DNA of 63,350 bases from Octopus sinensis. Lineage: Eukaryota. Location: NCBI RefSeq assembly GCF_006345805.1, contig NW_021832130.1, positions 1-63,350 of the forward strand. The letters run 5' to 3'. Of the stretch, positions 13,533 through 25,760 are shown in pieces. The first letter of the stretch is position 1. Every line of letters begins with the position of its first letter. A program made the position numbers and the translations under genes. Under the pieces are notes generated by a model. That model was not told the DNA's origin. It saw nothing but the letters and a program-made list of their open reading frames with translations, and ran no database searches.

Positions 13533-14140
13533 GGTGGCGAGCAGGCAGAAACGTTAGTTCGCCGGGCGAAATGCTTAGCAGTATTTCGCCTGGCATTACG
13601 TTCTGAGTTCAAATTCCGCCGAGGTCGACTTTGCCTTTCATCCTTTCGGGGTCGATAAATTAAGTACCAGTTACGCACCGGGGTCGATGTAATCGATTTA
13701 ATACCTATGTCTGTCCTTGTTTGTCCCCTGTTTGTTTAGCCCCTTGTGGGTAATAAAGAAATAGGTATTTCGTCTGCCGCTACGTTCTGAGTTCAAATTC
13801 CGCCGAGGTCGACTTTGCCTTTCATCCTTTCGGGGTCGAATAAATAAGTACCAGTTTCGCACTGGGGTCAATATAATCGACTTAATCTGTTTGTCTGTCC
13901 TTGTTTGTCCCCTCTGTGTGTAGCCCCTTGTGGGTAATAAAGAGATAAGAAACGTTAGCACGCCGGGCGAAATGCTTAGCGGTATTTCGTCTGTCTTTAC
14001 GTTCTGATTTCAAATTCCGCCGAGGTCAACTTTGCCTTTCATCCTTTCGAGGTCGATAAATTAAGTACCAGTTGCGTACTGGAGTCGATCTAATCGACTG
14101 GCCCCTCCCCCAAAATTTCGGGCCCTGTGTAGAAAATATT
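13533..14140 (+). mobile_element. Three nested or tandem family A SINE copies
   Basis: Copy 1 13533-13763, copy 2 13764-13947 (starts GGTATTTCGTCTG), copy 3 13948-14140 (starts AGAAACGTTAGC and has the alternative tail GGCCCCTCCCCCAAAATTTCGGGCC). Confidence 0.92.
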
Positions 14141-14179
14141 ATTGCATTTACCGCATTTAAAAGCTTCAGTTGGTCACCA

Positions 14180-14650
14180 GAAACTTAATTCATCATTTCA
14201 TGTTCATTCAATATAACCGTAATAACATTTAGAAGTTCAATTTTGACTTCCGAATCCAGTTATTCATCTCTTTCCCTACATGAAGTGGAAAATCAACCCC
14301 AGTTACATTTTTCTCGATTCCATAGTTACATTTTCAGGGTAAGTTTCAGTTTGATCACTCATTTTCAAGATGAAGATTGGGTCCAAATTGTGGTCACGAG
14401 CAGCTCTGCAGTTTTCTTTAAAATATTAAGTCGAAGATTGTGTCGTGACACGACGATCTTCCATCTTAAAAGTTGAATCATTTTGTAAAAAGATTATGAA
14501 ACGCGCAACGAGCAGTTTTCATGCTCATTTGCCGACATTTGTGGTGTTTCCACAATTTCGTATTATTTTTGTCCGTATGCCGTCGACTTCAATACTGCAA
14601 AAAAGATCCCAGGCGATGGGAATCGGCAAATGTGAAGTAAAATGAGATGT
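14180..14650 (-). mobile_element. Possible highly decayed mariner remnant
   Basis: Minus-strand KMEDRR..T segment weakly resembles the mariner LEDxPRSGRP region; otherwise unalignable by eye. Confidence 0.3.
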
Positions 14651-15089
14651 AGAACAAACATTTGTAGAATAATGCACCTAGTCCTGTAGTTACGGCAGTA
14701 AGAACTGATTGATTCTAATAAGCATACATATACTCAATAAGAGTTCAATTGAAATATATCTTTCCGGAGTCGCTCGGACCCCCAAAATAAAAAATTGAAA
14801 CAAAAAGAGAGAGAAAAAAAGGATAGGATGATTGGAGAGAGATAAAGTGGGAAGGGCGTGATTTATAGTTTTGCACGGTGATACAAATTCATATGCAAAG
14901 AAGTATCGATTCAGTCTACTTTCACTATCATAGTATATTATTGTACTTATTTTATCGATTCCGTAAAGATGAAAGGCAAAGCCGAACCCGGATGGATTCG
15001 AAATGAGAACTTAAGTGTATACTGCATGCCACTTTTTCCGGCACTCTGCCGACTCTGTCATTCATTCAAATTTTGGCGTTATGTTTACA

Positions 15090-15163
<74 letters not shown>

Positions 15164-15713
15164 CATAGGCTTATAGCTGTAGACAATGAAAGATATTCGT
15201 TAACTAATTCATCCCAGACAACAGTTCCTAACAGAAATACAAATATATTGTTATATATAGAAGTTGAAAAATTCCCCCCTTTCTGTAGGAAGCAGGAGAA
15301 GAAGAAACCCGAGATCATGTTCAGGGTAGGTCAGCATTCACGGTAAAATGTAAAGAAAGTGTGGATACTGAAGACTATTTAAAAGTAAAAACCTATAAAA
15401 TATCTCTTGTTACAGCAACGTCTAAAGTATCTGGTACAAACGCAGTAAGTTGCTAAGGTTGATGTTGAGGCTGTGGTTTTAGCTCTTGCGGCATAACCCG
15501 CAGCCACCCTCGGGTTACAATTGCAAACATCGCACAGTATTTATTTACACCATCATTTACGAATTATAATTACATATCTGTAAGTAACAACTTTTGATAT
15601 TTAACTATCCTAAGGTGGCAAACTGGCACAAGCGTTAGCACGCAGGTTAAAATGCTTAGCGGCATTTCGTACGTCTCTATTTTCTGAGTCCAAATGTGGA
15701 TAAATAAGTATTA

Positions 15714-16105
15714 TCTCTCTATATATAAAGCTGAAGTTGTCTGTGTATGGCAGGTTTGGTAGCCTTCAACTAACACTATCTTCTCCGAGACCCTGCGTCG
15801 CAAGTTGACCAAAATTGAGAGTATGATAGAAGAAGGCTTACTCTTCCTTCCATAGAAGAAAAAATTCAAATCAGACCATGTTAACACCAAAAATTATTTA
15901 CATAAAAAAGGTGCTTTTTTTCTATGAAAATCCCTATTTTTTACGATTTTTTGACTGCTGTGTCACCATTTTTCGGTGTATTTCAACCAGAAAAATGTTC
16001 ACTTAAAGAGAATAACAAGCTACATAATGCTAAATTTTTACATTTCAAAAATTCCAATTCTAAAGGGTCGAAACAAACCCGAGCAACGCCGTGCGATACT
16101 GCTAG
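15714..16105 (+). mobile_element. Non-autonomous Helitron-like element
   Basis: Begins A|TC(TCTC)TATATATAAAG, ends with hairpin CCCGAGCAACGCCG(T)GC then GATACTGCTAG|T; no TSD; follows a truncated family A SINE at about 15610-15712. Confidence 0.8.
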
Positions 16106-16649
16106 TAGTATATATAGTTAGTTTACGAGCTACTACATTTGTTGAATAACTTCAAAGCTCTGTTATTAAGTAGATTGATTAGCAATTAGTAGTGTGTTCT
16201 ACTACAGCCTCGACTAAATTTAAGGCTTTCAAGCGAATTTGGGTAGGCGCATACTATTTGGAAGCCCGTCAGACAGAATGTATCTGTTCATAAGTGGTTG
16301 ACTTCATACAACACTTGATTTGACACCACCATCTAAGCCTTGGGTACCTTTAGCAGATTACTTTGTTAGAAACAGTCAGTGTAGGTCTCAGGTCCGAGAA
16401 TAATACATGAATCTGTGAATTCTTCCTTAATTTCTAACATCAAATCCCGGGTCTCCCTAAAGGCCTTCTTCTGAGAGAGCAAATATTAAAGATAGATAGA
16501 AAAATAATCTTTGTATTACAAATGCTGTTAATTAACAGCATATCCTGGAGATTAATTTGAAAGACAAGAAAAATAACAGTTGCGTTTCACAAGGAATAAA
16601 TTTCTTGTTACGTAAGTTAATTTCAATTAAAAACAAAACACGATTACGT

Positions 16650-18100
16650 TAATGGTGTCCATGAAAACTGTTTTTTATGGTACTAGGAGAATAGTTTTGG
16701 AGACTTAGATGTTCAGAAATGAGTAAAGAGAGAAATATATTCATAAGAAAATTTGGAAAATCAAAATATATCGATAACATATATAGAATATCCATAGTAT
16801 AGTGTTGATAATCTTTTTGATGAGGTTGTGGTCGCAAAGCAAAATGAGGCTGACTATACTGAAATAGAAGGCTGGGAAAAGACACTGATCAATTATGCAG
16901 GAAAATGGATTCAATCGTTCAAGAACTTAACAAAAAGTCAACAAGAAAAAAAACAGCAGCAACATCCAACTTTCTAATTTCATGTACGTTACCTAGTTTG
17001 TCTTTTGTTTATTTGGAATCTCAGCAACTGTTGAGAGAGTATCCCCTATCATGAAAAATATCTAATCCCAAGATCAGACTCTCATGCTGGAAAGATCTGA
17101 TAAAGCCTTGTTTTGCTGATGGTTGCATATAATGTTAACTGGATAAAAAGGTTTTGACAAGATAAAAAGTGACAGTAATGTAGTGCAGAGAGTATTCTCT
17201 AGCGAGAAATAAGAATGGTGAAAAAAGGTTGTCTGCTTCCTGAAATTTGTCGTCGAAAATTGTTGATGCTAGTCACTCTCAGAACCTTAAAAAAGATAAA
17301 TGGAGCCAGTCTTATATAAGAATTCTGTTTCTACCATTTGTTACTGTTGAAGTTGGAAAAGAACGAGTAATGATTAATGAGTGATACTAGATTATACAAT
17401 CATAACAAATACAACGTTCACTAAATGTAAAAAGAAATCTGGGTACACAAAGAAAATACGTTTTAAAATTTAGAGTTTAATCGGATTTAAAAAATAAAAG
17501 CTTCATTCACCAGTCTCAAAAGTACGATAGAAGTCAATTATTTTTGTTTTACTATCAGACTTATCCATCAATTATTGAGTAAGCCTGCTGATTTTATAAG
17601 CCGGGATCCCTGTCTTTCTTTGAAGATAGATTGGATTGGTTTCCTATTTCTATTACAGACCTAGAAAATAGTTGATCGTAACACTAAATGCTAAAGAAAC
17701 AACTGTCATTTTCTATTGTTAAAAAGCTGAGAAGTTTCGGGATAAATAAAAACAAATTTGCGTAGTAGTTTTTGTTGAGATTTTCAGCCAGTTACTTTTA
17801 CAATTTGGGTTAATTTGGCGAGTAGTTTCTTCCTGAAGGGTAACATTTACAAGTTTCGTATAAGCTTCGGTGAATGTTTCACATTTCACATTCGATTCAA
17901 CATCCTTCAATCAACATGGCCTTATTACCAACAATACCACCGAAAATTGGCTTGCACATTTGCTCCCCGCTTTTGTTCTCGACAAAACCTGTCACTTATT
18001 GACCAATTGCTCCTTTATCCAACATTTCAAATATGATAAAAGGAGAGATAGACAATCGCCGTTTTCATAATTTTGATTTCTCACACTTTTCAATGACTGC
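16650..18100 (+). pseudogene. Possible ancient retroelement (Penelope-like) ORF remnant
   Basis: Non-repetitive stretch with weak echoes of Penelope RT/EN motifs (LERSDKA; RKIVDAS); no clear catalytic motif recovered. Confidence 0.25.
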
Positions 18101-18730
18101 AAGTTCAATAAATGCAGAGATGATCTACTAGCGATTAATTTTCTTACTTAACGTGCTGGTGATGTTTAAAGATTCAGAACTTCAGCAAAAGCAGAATTTA
18201 TTGTACATGACATGAGCAAAAACTTTCACCGTGTTGGAAACGAAAACCGCATTGTTATGTTGCCTACAAAAGAGATCAATATACTCCTTCTGGATCGGGA
18301 GCTTCCTGTCAGTATTCACTGCTGTATCATATGCAGACAGATTCTTTTCGATCAACACTTTATCTGGTCTGGAGTACGTCAAGCTGTCTTCCTGCTGAAG
18401 GTTAATGACCTTCCTGCTCTCACTTCTAAGAACACAGACGCCTATACTCGAGTGGATCTGAAGCTATGCTAAACCTACTTGCTCAAGATACCTCGCTGTA
18501 AAATCGAACCCAGGACATCAAGTTGGGAGAAGCAAAATTCATAAACACAGAGTCATGTGCGCATTCAGATATAAATAATTTTGCAAATATAGGCAGTAGC
18601 CACTACAAAGTTCTCACATATGAAATCAGAGTAACAGTAGAGCAAATTCAGAAATACTAGTTTACTATAGGTCTTCTATCGAATCCTCAGAAATAGGTAT
18701 CATTACTCTTCCTTTATGTACATAATACAT

Positions 18731-18764
<34 letters not shown>

Positions 18765-19429
18765 TGACACACACACACACACACACACACATACATATAT
18801 ATATATATCAGGGGCGTATGTTCCGGTTGTTCTAGGTGTGGGTTACACACCCATCGAAAATGGCAAATTATTATATATATTAACCATTCTCATTAATTTA
18901 ATCAGAAAGCTTAATAGAAAAATTTTTTATACCCCTGCTTGAAATTTGGTATCATTGGGCGTGGTAGCACACCCAGTACAACAGCCAACATACGCCACTG
19001 ATGTATATATACGAAATGAAAGAAGGAAAATGCACACACTTCAAATAGTTTTAATATAATATTTAATATATCGTGTTTGTGTTTGTCGACCAGTTTCACG
19101 TTCGCTATTCATGACAGGAGAATTTATTTAAATACGTATTTTCTTAAGAAGAAATTTTTTGGTCCATGTTGTGTGTGAAATTTATGAGTGAATGATTCAA
19201 CAAGTAGAAAAATTTAAGGGGAAGTAATTGGTAATCGTTATTATTGTGGGCAGGGGGGAGATAATTATTCAGCTTTCGGTAGGTGGTGGATATATATATA
19301 TATATATATATATACATACATACATGCAAAAATTCAAAAACTAGATTAGTGGGGAAAAATATGTACGGAGATGGGTATGTAATCGTGAATTAAAATATGT
19401 AAAAAGATCAAAGTTGGTTATGCGTGCAT

Positions 19430-19705
19430 ATTTAGACGTGTTCTGTATTTTCCGATGAAAAAATTTTCTTTATTTAAACATACTTGTAAAGAAATTGTAT
19501 CTTTGCACTGATAGAAGGGAAAACTATGAAATTTGGTTCGATGTTACCTGCACATTTCTCTATGTGTTCACTTAAAAGAATTTGTAATGCGGGAACCGGA
19601 TCTGTTTTTTATGTAAAGTGGTTCTCTGTCTCAATGTCATACTCGTCTGTCCTATATATTGAAGTACACAACCCGAACAGGTTATTACGTGCCTCTGAGA
19701 ACCTA
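19430..19705 (-). mobile_element. Penelope-like element GIY-YIG endonuclease 3' fragment
   Basis: HVITCSGCVLQYIGQTSMTLRQRTTLHKKQIR in ORF 19572-19832, continuing SEHIEKCAGNIEPNFIVFPFY in another frame. Confidence 0.8.
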
Positions 19706-19710
19706 ATTCA

Positions 19711-19830
19711 TGTCTTTTAGTATAGCCTCGAGCCGACCAAAGCTTTGTGGGTGGATTTGGCATACGGAAAATGAAAGAGGTCAGTCGTATATATATATAT
19801 ATATATATATATATACGACTGACCTCTTTC

Positions 19831-19898
<68 letters not shown>

Positions 19899-20080
19899 AT
19901 ATGTATGTATGCATTTGTGTGTCTGTGTTTGTTCTCCCACCATCGATTGATAACTGATGTTGGTGTGATTACGTCTCCGAAACTTAGCGGTTCGGCAAAA
20001 GATGCCTGGGGTGAGTTTGTTCGACTAAAGGCGGTGCTTCATCATGGCTGCAGTCAAAATGACTGAAACAAGTAAAAAAA
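19711..20080 (+). mobile_element. SINE family B, 5'-truncated, internal (TA)n
   Basis: TATAGCCTCGAGCCGACCAAAGCTTTGTGGGTGGATTTGG ... GCAGTCAAAATGACTGAAACAAGTAAAA; short internal duplication around the (TA)n tract. Confidence 0.85.
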
Positions 20081-20130
20081 TATATAGAATACACTCTTCC
20101 TTTATATGTGTGCGTGCGCGCGCGCGCGCG

Positions 20131-20589
20131 TATAATTGTCACTAAATATGATTAAGTGTTAGAGACACCTACATTGCTAGAAAAAAGAGCTAAAGTGCTC
20201 TAATGCACATAATTGTATACATGTTTACTAACAGGGACTACAATCGCCCGAAGCACCGATCGCGTATTCCTTATACTGACCGGTCAGTTTCGAGCGATTC
20301 GCTAAATCATACATAGATATTTGTGGTGAAAACATATATATACTGACAAAAAATTCAGTCCGGAATCTGCCGAAAACGAGCCAATCCTTACTGATGAAGC
20401 AACGGAAATTGCCGATACTGACTGGTTAGTATAAGGAATTTTCGATCGGCGTTTTCGGGCAATTGTAGTCTCTGCCAGTATACATGCGTACAATTATGTT
20501 TTTTAGACTACAGCATTAGAGCATTTTAGCTCCTATTTCTAGTAATGTAGGTGTCTCTAACACCCTAGTCATATTTAGAGACAATTATA
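20131..20589. mobile_element. 459-bp fold-back (MITE-like) element with about 160-180-bp arms
   Basis: TATAATTGTCACTAAATATG..TTAGAGACACCTACATTGCTAGAA..GCTCTAATGC..CAGGGACTACAATCGCCCGAA..ATTCCTTATACTGACCGGTCAGT mirrored on the right arm ending ATATTTAGAGACAATTATA; TA at both ends. Confidence 0.88.
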
Positions 20590-20629
20590 GTTTTCCTTTT
20601 TGGTAAAACATTGGACAATTTTCTACATC

Positions 20630-20875
20630 CATACTGTGGTGTTATGAGCCAGGCTGTGTTGTAGGGAAGGACCGGAAGTGAGGGAGTACGTATATCCTGT
20701 CGGAAGTGGGGCCTGTGGGTCACACTAGAAGAGCCACGGTGGGCATGCGGGGTCGGCGAGTTGCTAGCGGTCAGTTGGCAGTGGACAGCGTACGAGAGGA
20801 GACTTGTTAGACAGTACAGCGGCAGACAGAGCACGTGGACGTTGTGAGTGACCCTTCCAGATAGGCAGGTAAGAC
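20630..20875 (+). promoter_or_regulatory. GC/CpG-richer island with ETS-like sites and a 5' splice-donor match (candidate first exon or LTR remnant)
   Basis: ACCGGAAGTG (20671) and GTCGGAAGTG (about 20699); CAG|GTAAGA at 20866-20874. Motif presence only. Confidence 0.25.
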
Positions 20876-21033
20876 TATCGTAATTCTCTCTCTGCTTCCG
20901 CCCCCCCCCACATACACACACACACACACACACACAAAAGCCTATATAAGAGGTTCCCTCTTGGTAGCTATCACAGTATTTTGTGTCCTAACATAACATT
21001 CATTTTAAATTGGATATATATATATATATATAA

Positions 21034-21191
21034 AACTTATAAATAAGGGCAAAAGAAAAAATTATTTCCATGCTAATATGCTGATAACAAACTTTAACTC
21101 GTCAATTTCCACATATCATTATACACTCACTATAAATACGACGTGCATATTGGCATGGAAATAATTTTTCTTTTGCCTTTGTTTATAAGTT
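21034..21191. repeat. 158-bp AT-rich inverted-repeat (MITE-like) element
   Basis: AACTTATAAATAAGGGCAAAAGAAAAAATTATTTCCATGCTAATATGC (21034-21081) mirrors GCATATTGGCATGGAAATAATTTTTCTTTTGCCTTTGTTTATAAGTT (21145-21191). Confidence 0.85.
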
Positions 21192-21290
21192 GTTTATAAT
21201 TTTAACCTTTAAAGGTATTTTAATATGCTGCCACTGTTTTTTTCCTGAAAATATTTCATCCTATATTAGTAGTAGTAGTAATAGTAGTGG

Positions 21291-21335
<45 letters not shown>

Positions 21336-21388
21336 ATATACACGTACATACATACATATGAGTGTGTGTATGTATGTATGTATGTACG

Positions 21389-21440
<52 letters not shown>

Positions 21441-21475
21441 CGTACATACATACATACATACATATGAGTGTGTGC

Positions 21476-21542
<67 letters not shown>

Positions 21543-21956
21543 ATTTCATTTAACAGATTTTATCCTTCTGTTTATGGAAGTTTGAATTTTTAAAAAGAAA
21601 TGTAACTTTCTACCACAATTTCAATATATTTTAGAATTTATTAATTTCTTTTAAACACAATTTACCGAATTATGCAGAAAATACTAATACTGTTTAATGA
21701 CTATTCGTAGTAGGTTCAAAATAAATTGACTTCAGTTTTCACCTGGAACTAGATTAGATTTTAAGCTCGCGTGCATTTCAAATATTGTTTCTATTGACAA
21801 GACAGAAAACAATCAAATCTTCAAATCTCTCTATATTAAAATCAGCGGGAATTTATGATAATTTATTTTTATGATGTACTTCTATGACATAAGAAGAGCG
21901 GCTATAGTCGTGATTTGAAACCGGCTTCAAATGACTTTATTCTCATTTCTCAGTTA

Positions 21957-23098
21957 CACTGTACAACAAAAATGAACATTATTTCGACTATAGACTTGAG
22001 AATAATATTTTCCAGGGTAGTTCTATGCGTAGATCACGAAAATGGCAAACGTTTCTCTAGTTTTTTGTAATTCGTTTTTTTTTTATATTAGGGTATTTTG
22101 ATAATTTTAATTTTTTTAATTTTTCAGATTTTCAGAGAAAAAAAAACTATAAAATACCTATAAATATTTAATTAGAATAAAAATTGCATTAAAATGCGAA
22201 GAGGTCAGTGTAGAAATCCCCAAAGGCAAATGTTATTATTTTCGTGGTGCCATGACATTCCGTTGGTAAAAAAAAAGAAAAAAACAGCATTACTTATATT
22301 TTGGTGTCAAGATAGGAGACCAAGATAAAAGTTGGGCACCACATATCTGTTGCACAACATGTACCAATGGTCTTTCGAAATGGTATTTGGGAAAGTCAAG
22401 AAGTATACCGTTTGCCATTCCAATGATTTGGCGTGAACCACAAGACCACCATTATGACTGCTATTTCGGCAACTTTTGACTGACGATAATTTTGAAAACA
22501 CCTTAAATGTATTGGCATTGTATGCATGGCAAAGTTTCAGAAACGTGTGTAATGGTCTACTTGGGAAGCACAAGCAGCCAACTATGAAGTACTTGTAGAG
22601 AAGTTGATTGATTCGTACAAATCATTAGGGTGTAATATGTCATTAAAAGTTCACTATTTGCATTCGCATCTTGCTTTATTTCCTCAGAATGCAGCGGACG
22701 TCAGCGACGAACATGGTGAGAGATTCCACCAAGACAGAAGTCAAATGGAAACTCGATATAAGGGGAAGTGGAGTCCAGCCGTGCATGCTGACTTTTGCTG
22801 GTTTCTAGAAAGAAACATAAATATTGTACTAAAAAATAGATGTTGTTCCTTTAATAAAAGACACAAATAACGTATTTACTATTAATAACAGCCCATTTTG
22901 CAGAAAAGTCGCTTTAATTCTTGGGAATTCACAGAAAACGGCCCATTTTTGGCAAAAATATACCGTTTAGTGACGGCCCATTTTACGAAACACTGGAATC
23001 ATTTCATGAAAAACGGAGTTCATTTTCGTTATTTGTGGTAAAAACTGTTCCAGAAAATAATGTTCTCTTCTCTATAGCAAAATCATTGTTGTACAGTG
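21957..23098 (+). mobile_element. Chapaev3 (CMC superfamily) internally deleted DNA transposon
   Basis: TIRs CACTGTACAACA / TGTTGTACAGTG; TTA on both flanks (TWA TSD); transposase pieces YFGVKIGDQDKSWAPHICCTTC, FAIPMIWREPQDHHYDCYF, GCNMSLKVHYLHSHL..SDEHGERFHQD..E.RYKGKW...ADFCW. Confidence 0.92.
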
Positions 23099-23498
23099 TT
23101 ATTATTCTACAACACTCGACGGAATGGTGATTTACTATCTTTTTCATAAGGTATAAAGGCCCAGTGTCTTAGGTGAGTACAGTAAACGAGAGATAGGGAC
23201 GTCCATGCTTTTCTCAAAATTGGTAATGACCGGAGGTAAAAAAAAAAAAAAACAAAAAACAAAAACAAAAAAGTACGTTAATCGTGGATTGAAACTCCAT
23301 CGCTGTTACCGGCCTGCTGCAGAATTTTCGTCACAAAATCCCTGAATTATAATTGCTAAAACAATAGGAATAGGTTGGTTTGGACGCTGAAGGTGTATTA
23401 GAATTTTCAGTGAGTGATAGACTATAATAACATGATGGTGGCGAATTAGAAGATCGGAAGAATACCTGAAGTGTAATCGTATTCTTGTGTGCAAGCGA

Positions 23499-23567
<69 letters not shown>

Positions 23568-24104
23568 AATGACGTAGGAAACAAATGAGGATTGAATTGT
23601 TTTATTGAGGGTGATAAGACACAGGACAGCTAGCGTTGAAGTAGGTGGCTCGTATCATGTCAATACCGTTACGCTTCGTACGTGAACGAAGCATTTAATT
23701 ATCTATAACTGAGATCATAATAAACTGAAGAACTCGCATATGTAGTGAGGTGATACTACTGAAAACTTGGTGATTGTTTCTCTAGTTTGTTGCATGAGTC
23801 TAAATCTTACAATGGACCTGGAGAAGACAATAAAGAAACCACTTGCTTGCTCTCATTCTTAACAACGCACACTCTTATGTTTGATGATACTTTGCTTCAC
23901 TCCTTCTTAAGAATATGCACAATAGCTTCACCCCCGCAGTTATGAAACCTCAAGCCTTACACATACACTGGAGTCGGTAGCCAGATCAGGCTGCCTACGT
24001 AAGAAAATTGCAGTATAATCAAGTACCACAAAACTCACAGAAAGTAGAACGCTATTTCCACTGATATGTGTATTAGACAACTTACTGTTACACATACATA
24101 TACC

Positions 24105-24339
24105 TATTTCTTTATTACCCACAAGGGGCTAAACATAGAGGGGAACAAACAAGGACAGACATAGGTATTAAGTCGATTACATCGACCCCAGTGCGTAACT
24201 GGTACTTAATTTATCGACCCCGAAAGGATGAAAGGTAAAGTCGACCTCGGCGGAATTTGAACTCAGAACGTAACGGCAGACGAAATACTGCTAAGCATTT
24301 CGCCCGGCGTGCTAACGTTTCTGCCAGCTCGCCGCCTTA
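24105..24339 (-). mobile_element. SINE family A, full length, 17-bp TSD
   Basis: Flanked by TTACACATACATATACC at 24088-24104 and 24340-24356. Confidence 0.93.
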
Positions 24340-25377
24340 TTACACATACATATACCATAATACCTATCACTTATAACACGGGATTGTTTTTCTGTAGTTT
24401 GGTACTTTTTCAATAGTAATGGCACATTTCTTATTGAATACTGGTTGCTTGTATCTTCTCTAATTTTTACTGTGTATATGGTTGTGTAGTAAAGAAGCCC
24501 ACTTTGTAAAAACGTAGTGTTGGGTTCAGTTTCACTTCACAGCACGTTGGACAAGTGTCTGTTACTAAACCCCCAAGTCGAACAATGCCGTGTGAGTAAA
24601 TTTGACTGACGGAAACTGTGTGGAAGCCCGTCATATATACATATTTATATATGTGTGTATGTGTATGTTAGGGGAGGGTTGTGTGTGTGTATGTGTATGG
24701 GACTGATTGGGTGTGGGTGTGTTTGTCTGTGTTTAACGGCACTACTGTTTGACAACTGGTGTTAACTTTGCGGTTCGGTTAAAGAGCCCGACGAAATGAG
24801 TACCAAACTTTAAAATAAGTGTTGGCGGGGGTGGGGTGGGGAGAGTCGATTTGTTTGACTAAACCCCTTCAAAGCGGTGCTTCATAATGGATAAATAGAT
24901 ACTTGAAAAACATCGTTTAAATGGGGACATGACAACAGTACAAAGACGCAATTACCGTCTGAATAATTATTCGTGGACTATGGCTGCAGTGATTCTCTTC
25001 AAACATATTGAGGCAATGAGACGAAATATTACGATGGCCATTGAATGTACAAGATCCACTTCTCTAATTAAAGGATAACCTATTTTGCGTTCTTAATTTT
25101 GGGGCAACAAGCATATTATAAAGATGGCCAGCAACAATAGGCAGCGATAACAGCCGAAAATGAACATTGAAAGAAACTGTTCAGCTGGTTATCTTTATAT
25201 ATTTGCATATCCAAAGTACCGAATTCCATTCACATTCAACCAGCTTCTGTCCTGTGGTTCTATTTAAGCGATTGATTGTGGCTATTCAGGAAGTACAGTG
25301 AGGTACTGATGCAGATATTATCAAATATGGAAATAAAGCAAATACGTTACATAATTATTTAGTGATATGACGGAGAT

Positions 25378-25760
25378 AGAGGCATCCGTTAGTTTTGCGA
25401 AACCATGGCTCAACGCCTGGAACGCTATTTTGTTTTGGTCTTGTTGGTAGAGCAACATCTGTTGTGATGAGAAATTCACATGTGAACGACATTCCCAGTC
25501 GTAAAGACGGCACTTGAAAATGCAGTCCGCTAACCTTGTCTTGGTGCTGCTCTTCCGTCGAATTTCCTTGACTTCGCCAGCACACACCAGTCTCTCCTCT
25601 CGTCTTTTCCATACTTTCCTTTAGTTCCAGTCTCCAACGGTAGCGATCATCAACAATATCATTCGACTTTTCAACATTCACGTAAAGAGATTTCATGTTT
25701 AGTGATGCTTGGTGATAACAGTTCTTAATTTCAGAAACTGGATAGAAGCTGGTTGGAAGC
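25378..25760 (-). mobile_element. RTE retrotransposon 3'-end fragment
   Basis: MKSLYVNVEK..DDRYRWRLELKES.. followed by IFKCRLYDWECRSH (RTE C-terminal Cys/His motif) and a short 3' UTR. Confidence 0.7.

Noticed and set aside
13533-14140. CRISPR-like or regularly repeated array
   Set aside because: Repeats are about 200-bp SINE bodies with no unique spacers; eukaryotic context and no cas genes.
20232-20474. Independent hAT MITE (CAGGG...CTCTG ends)
   Set aside because: No 8-bp TSD (TTTACTAA vs CCAGTATA), and the symmetry continues outward to 20131/20589.
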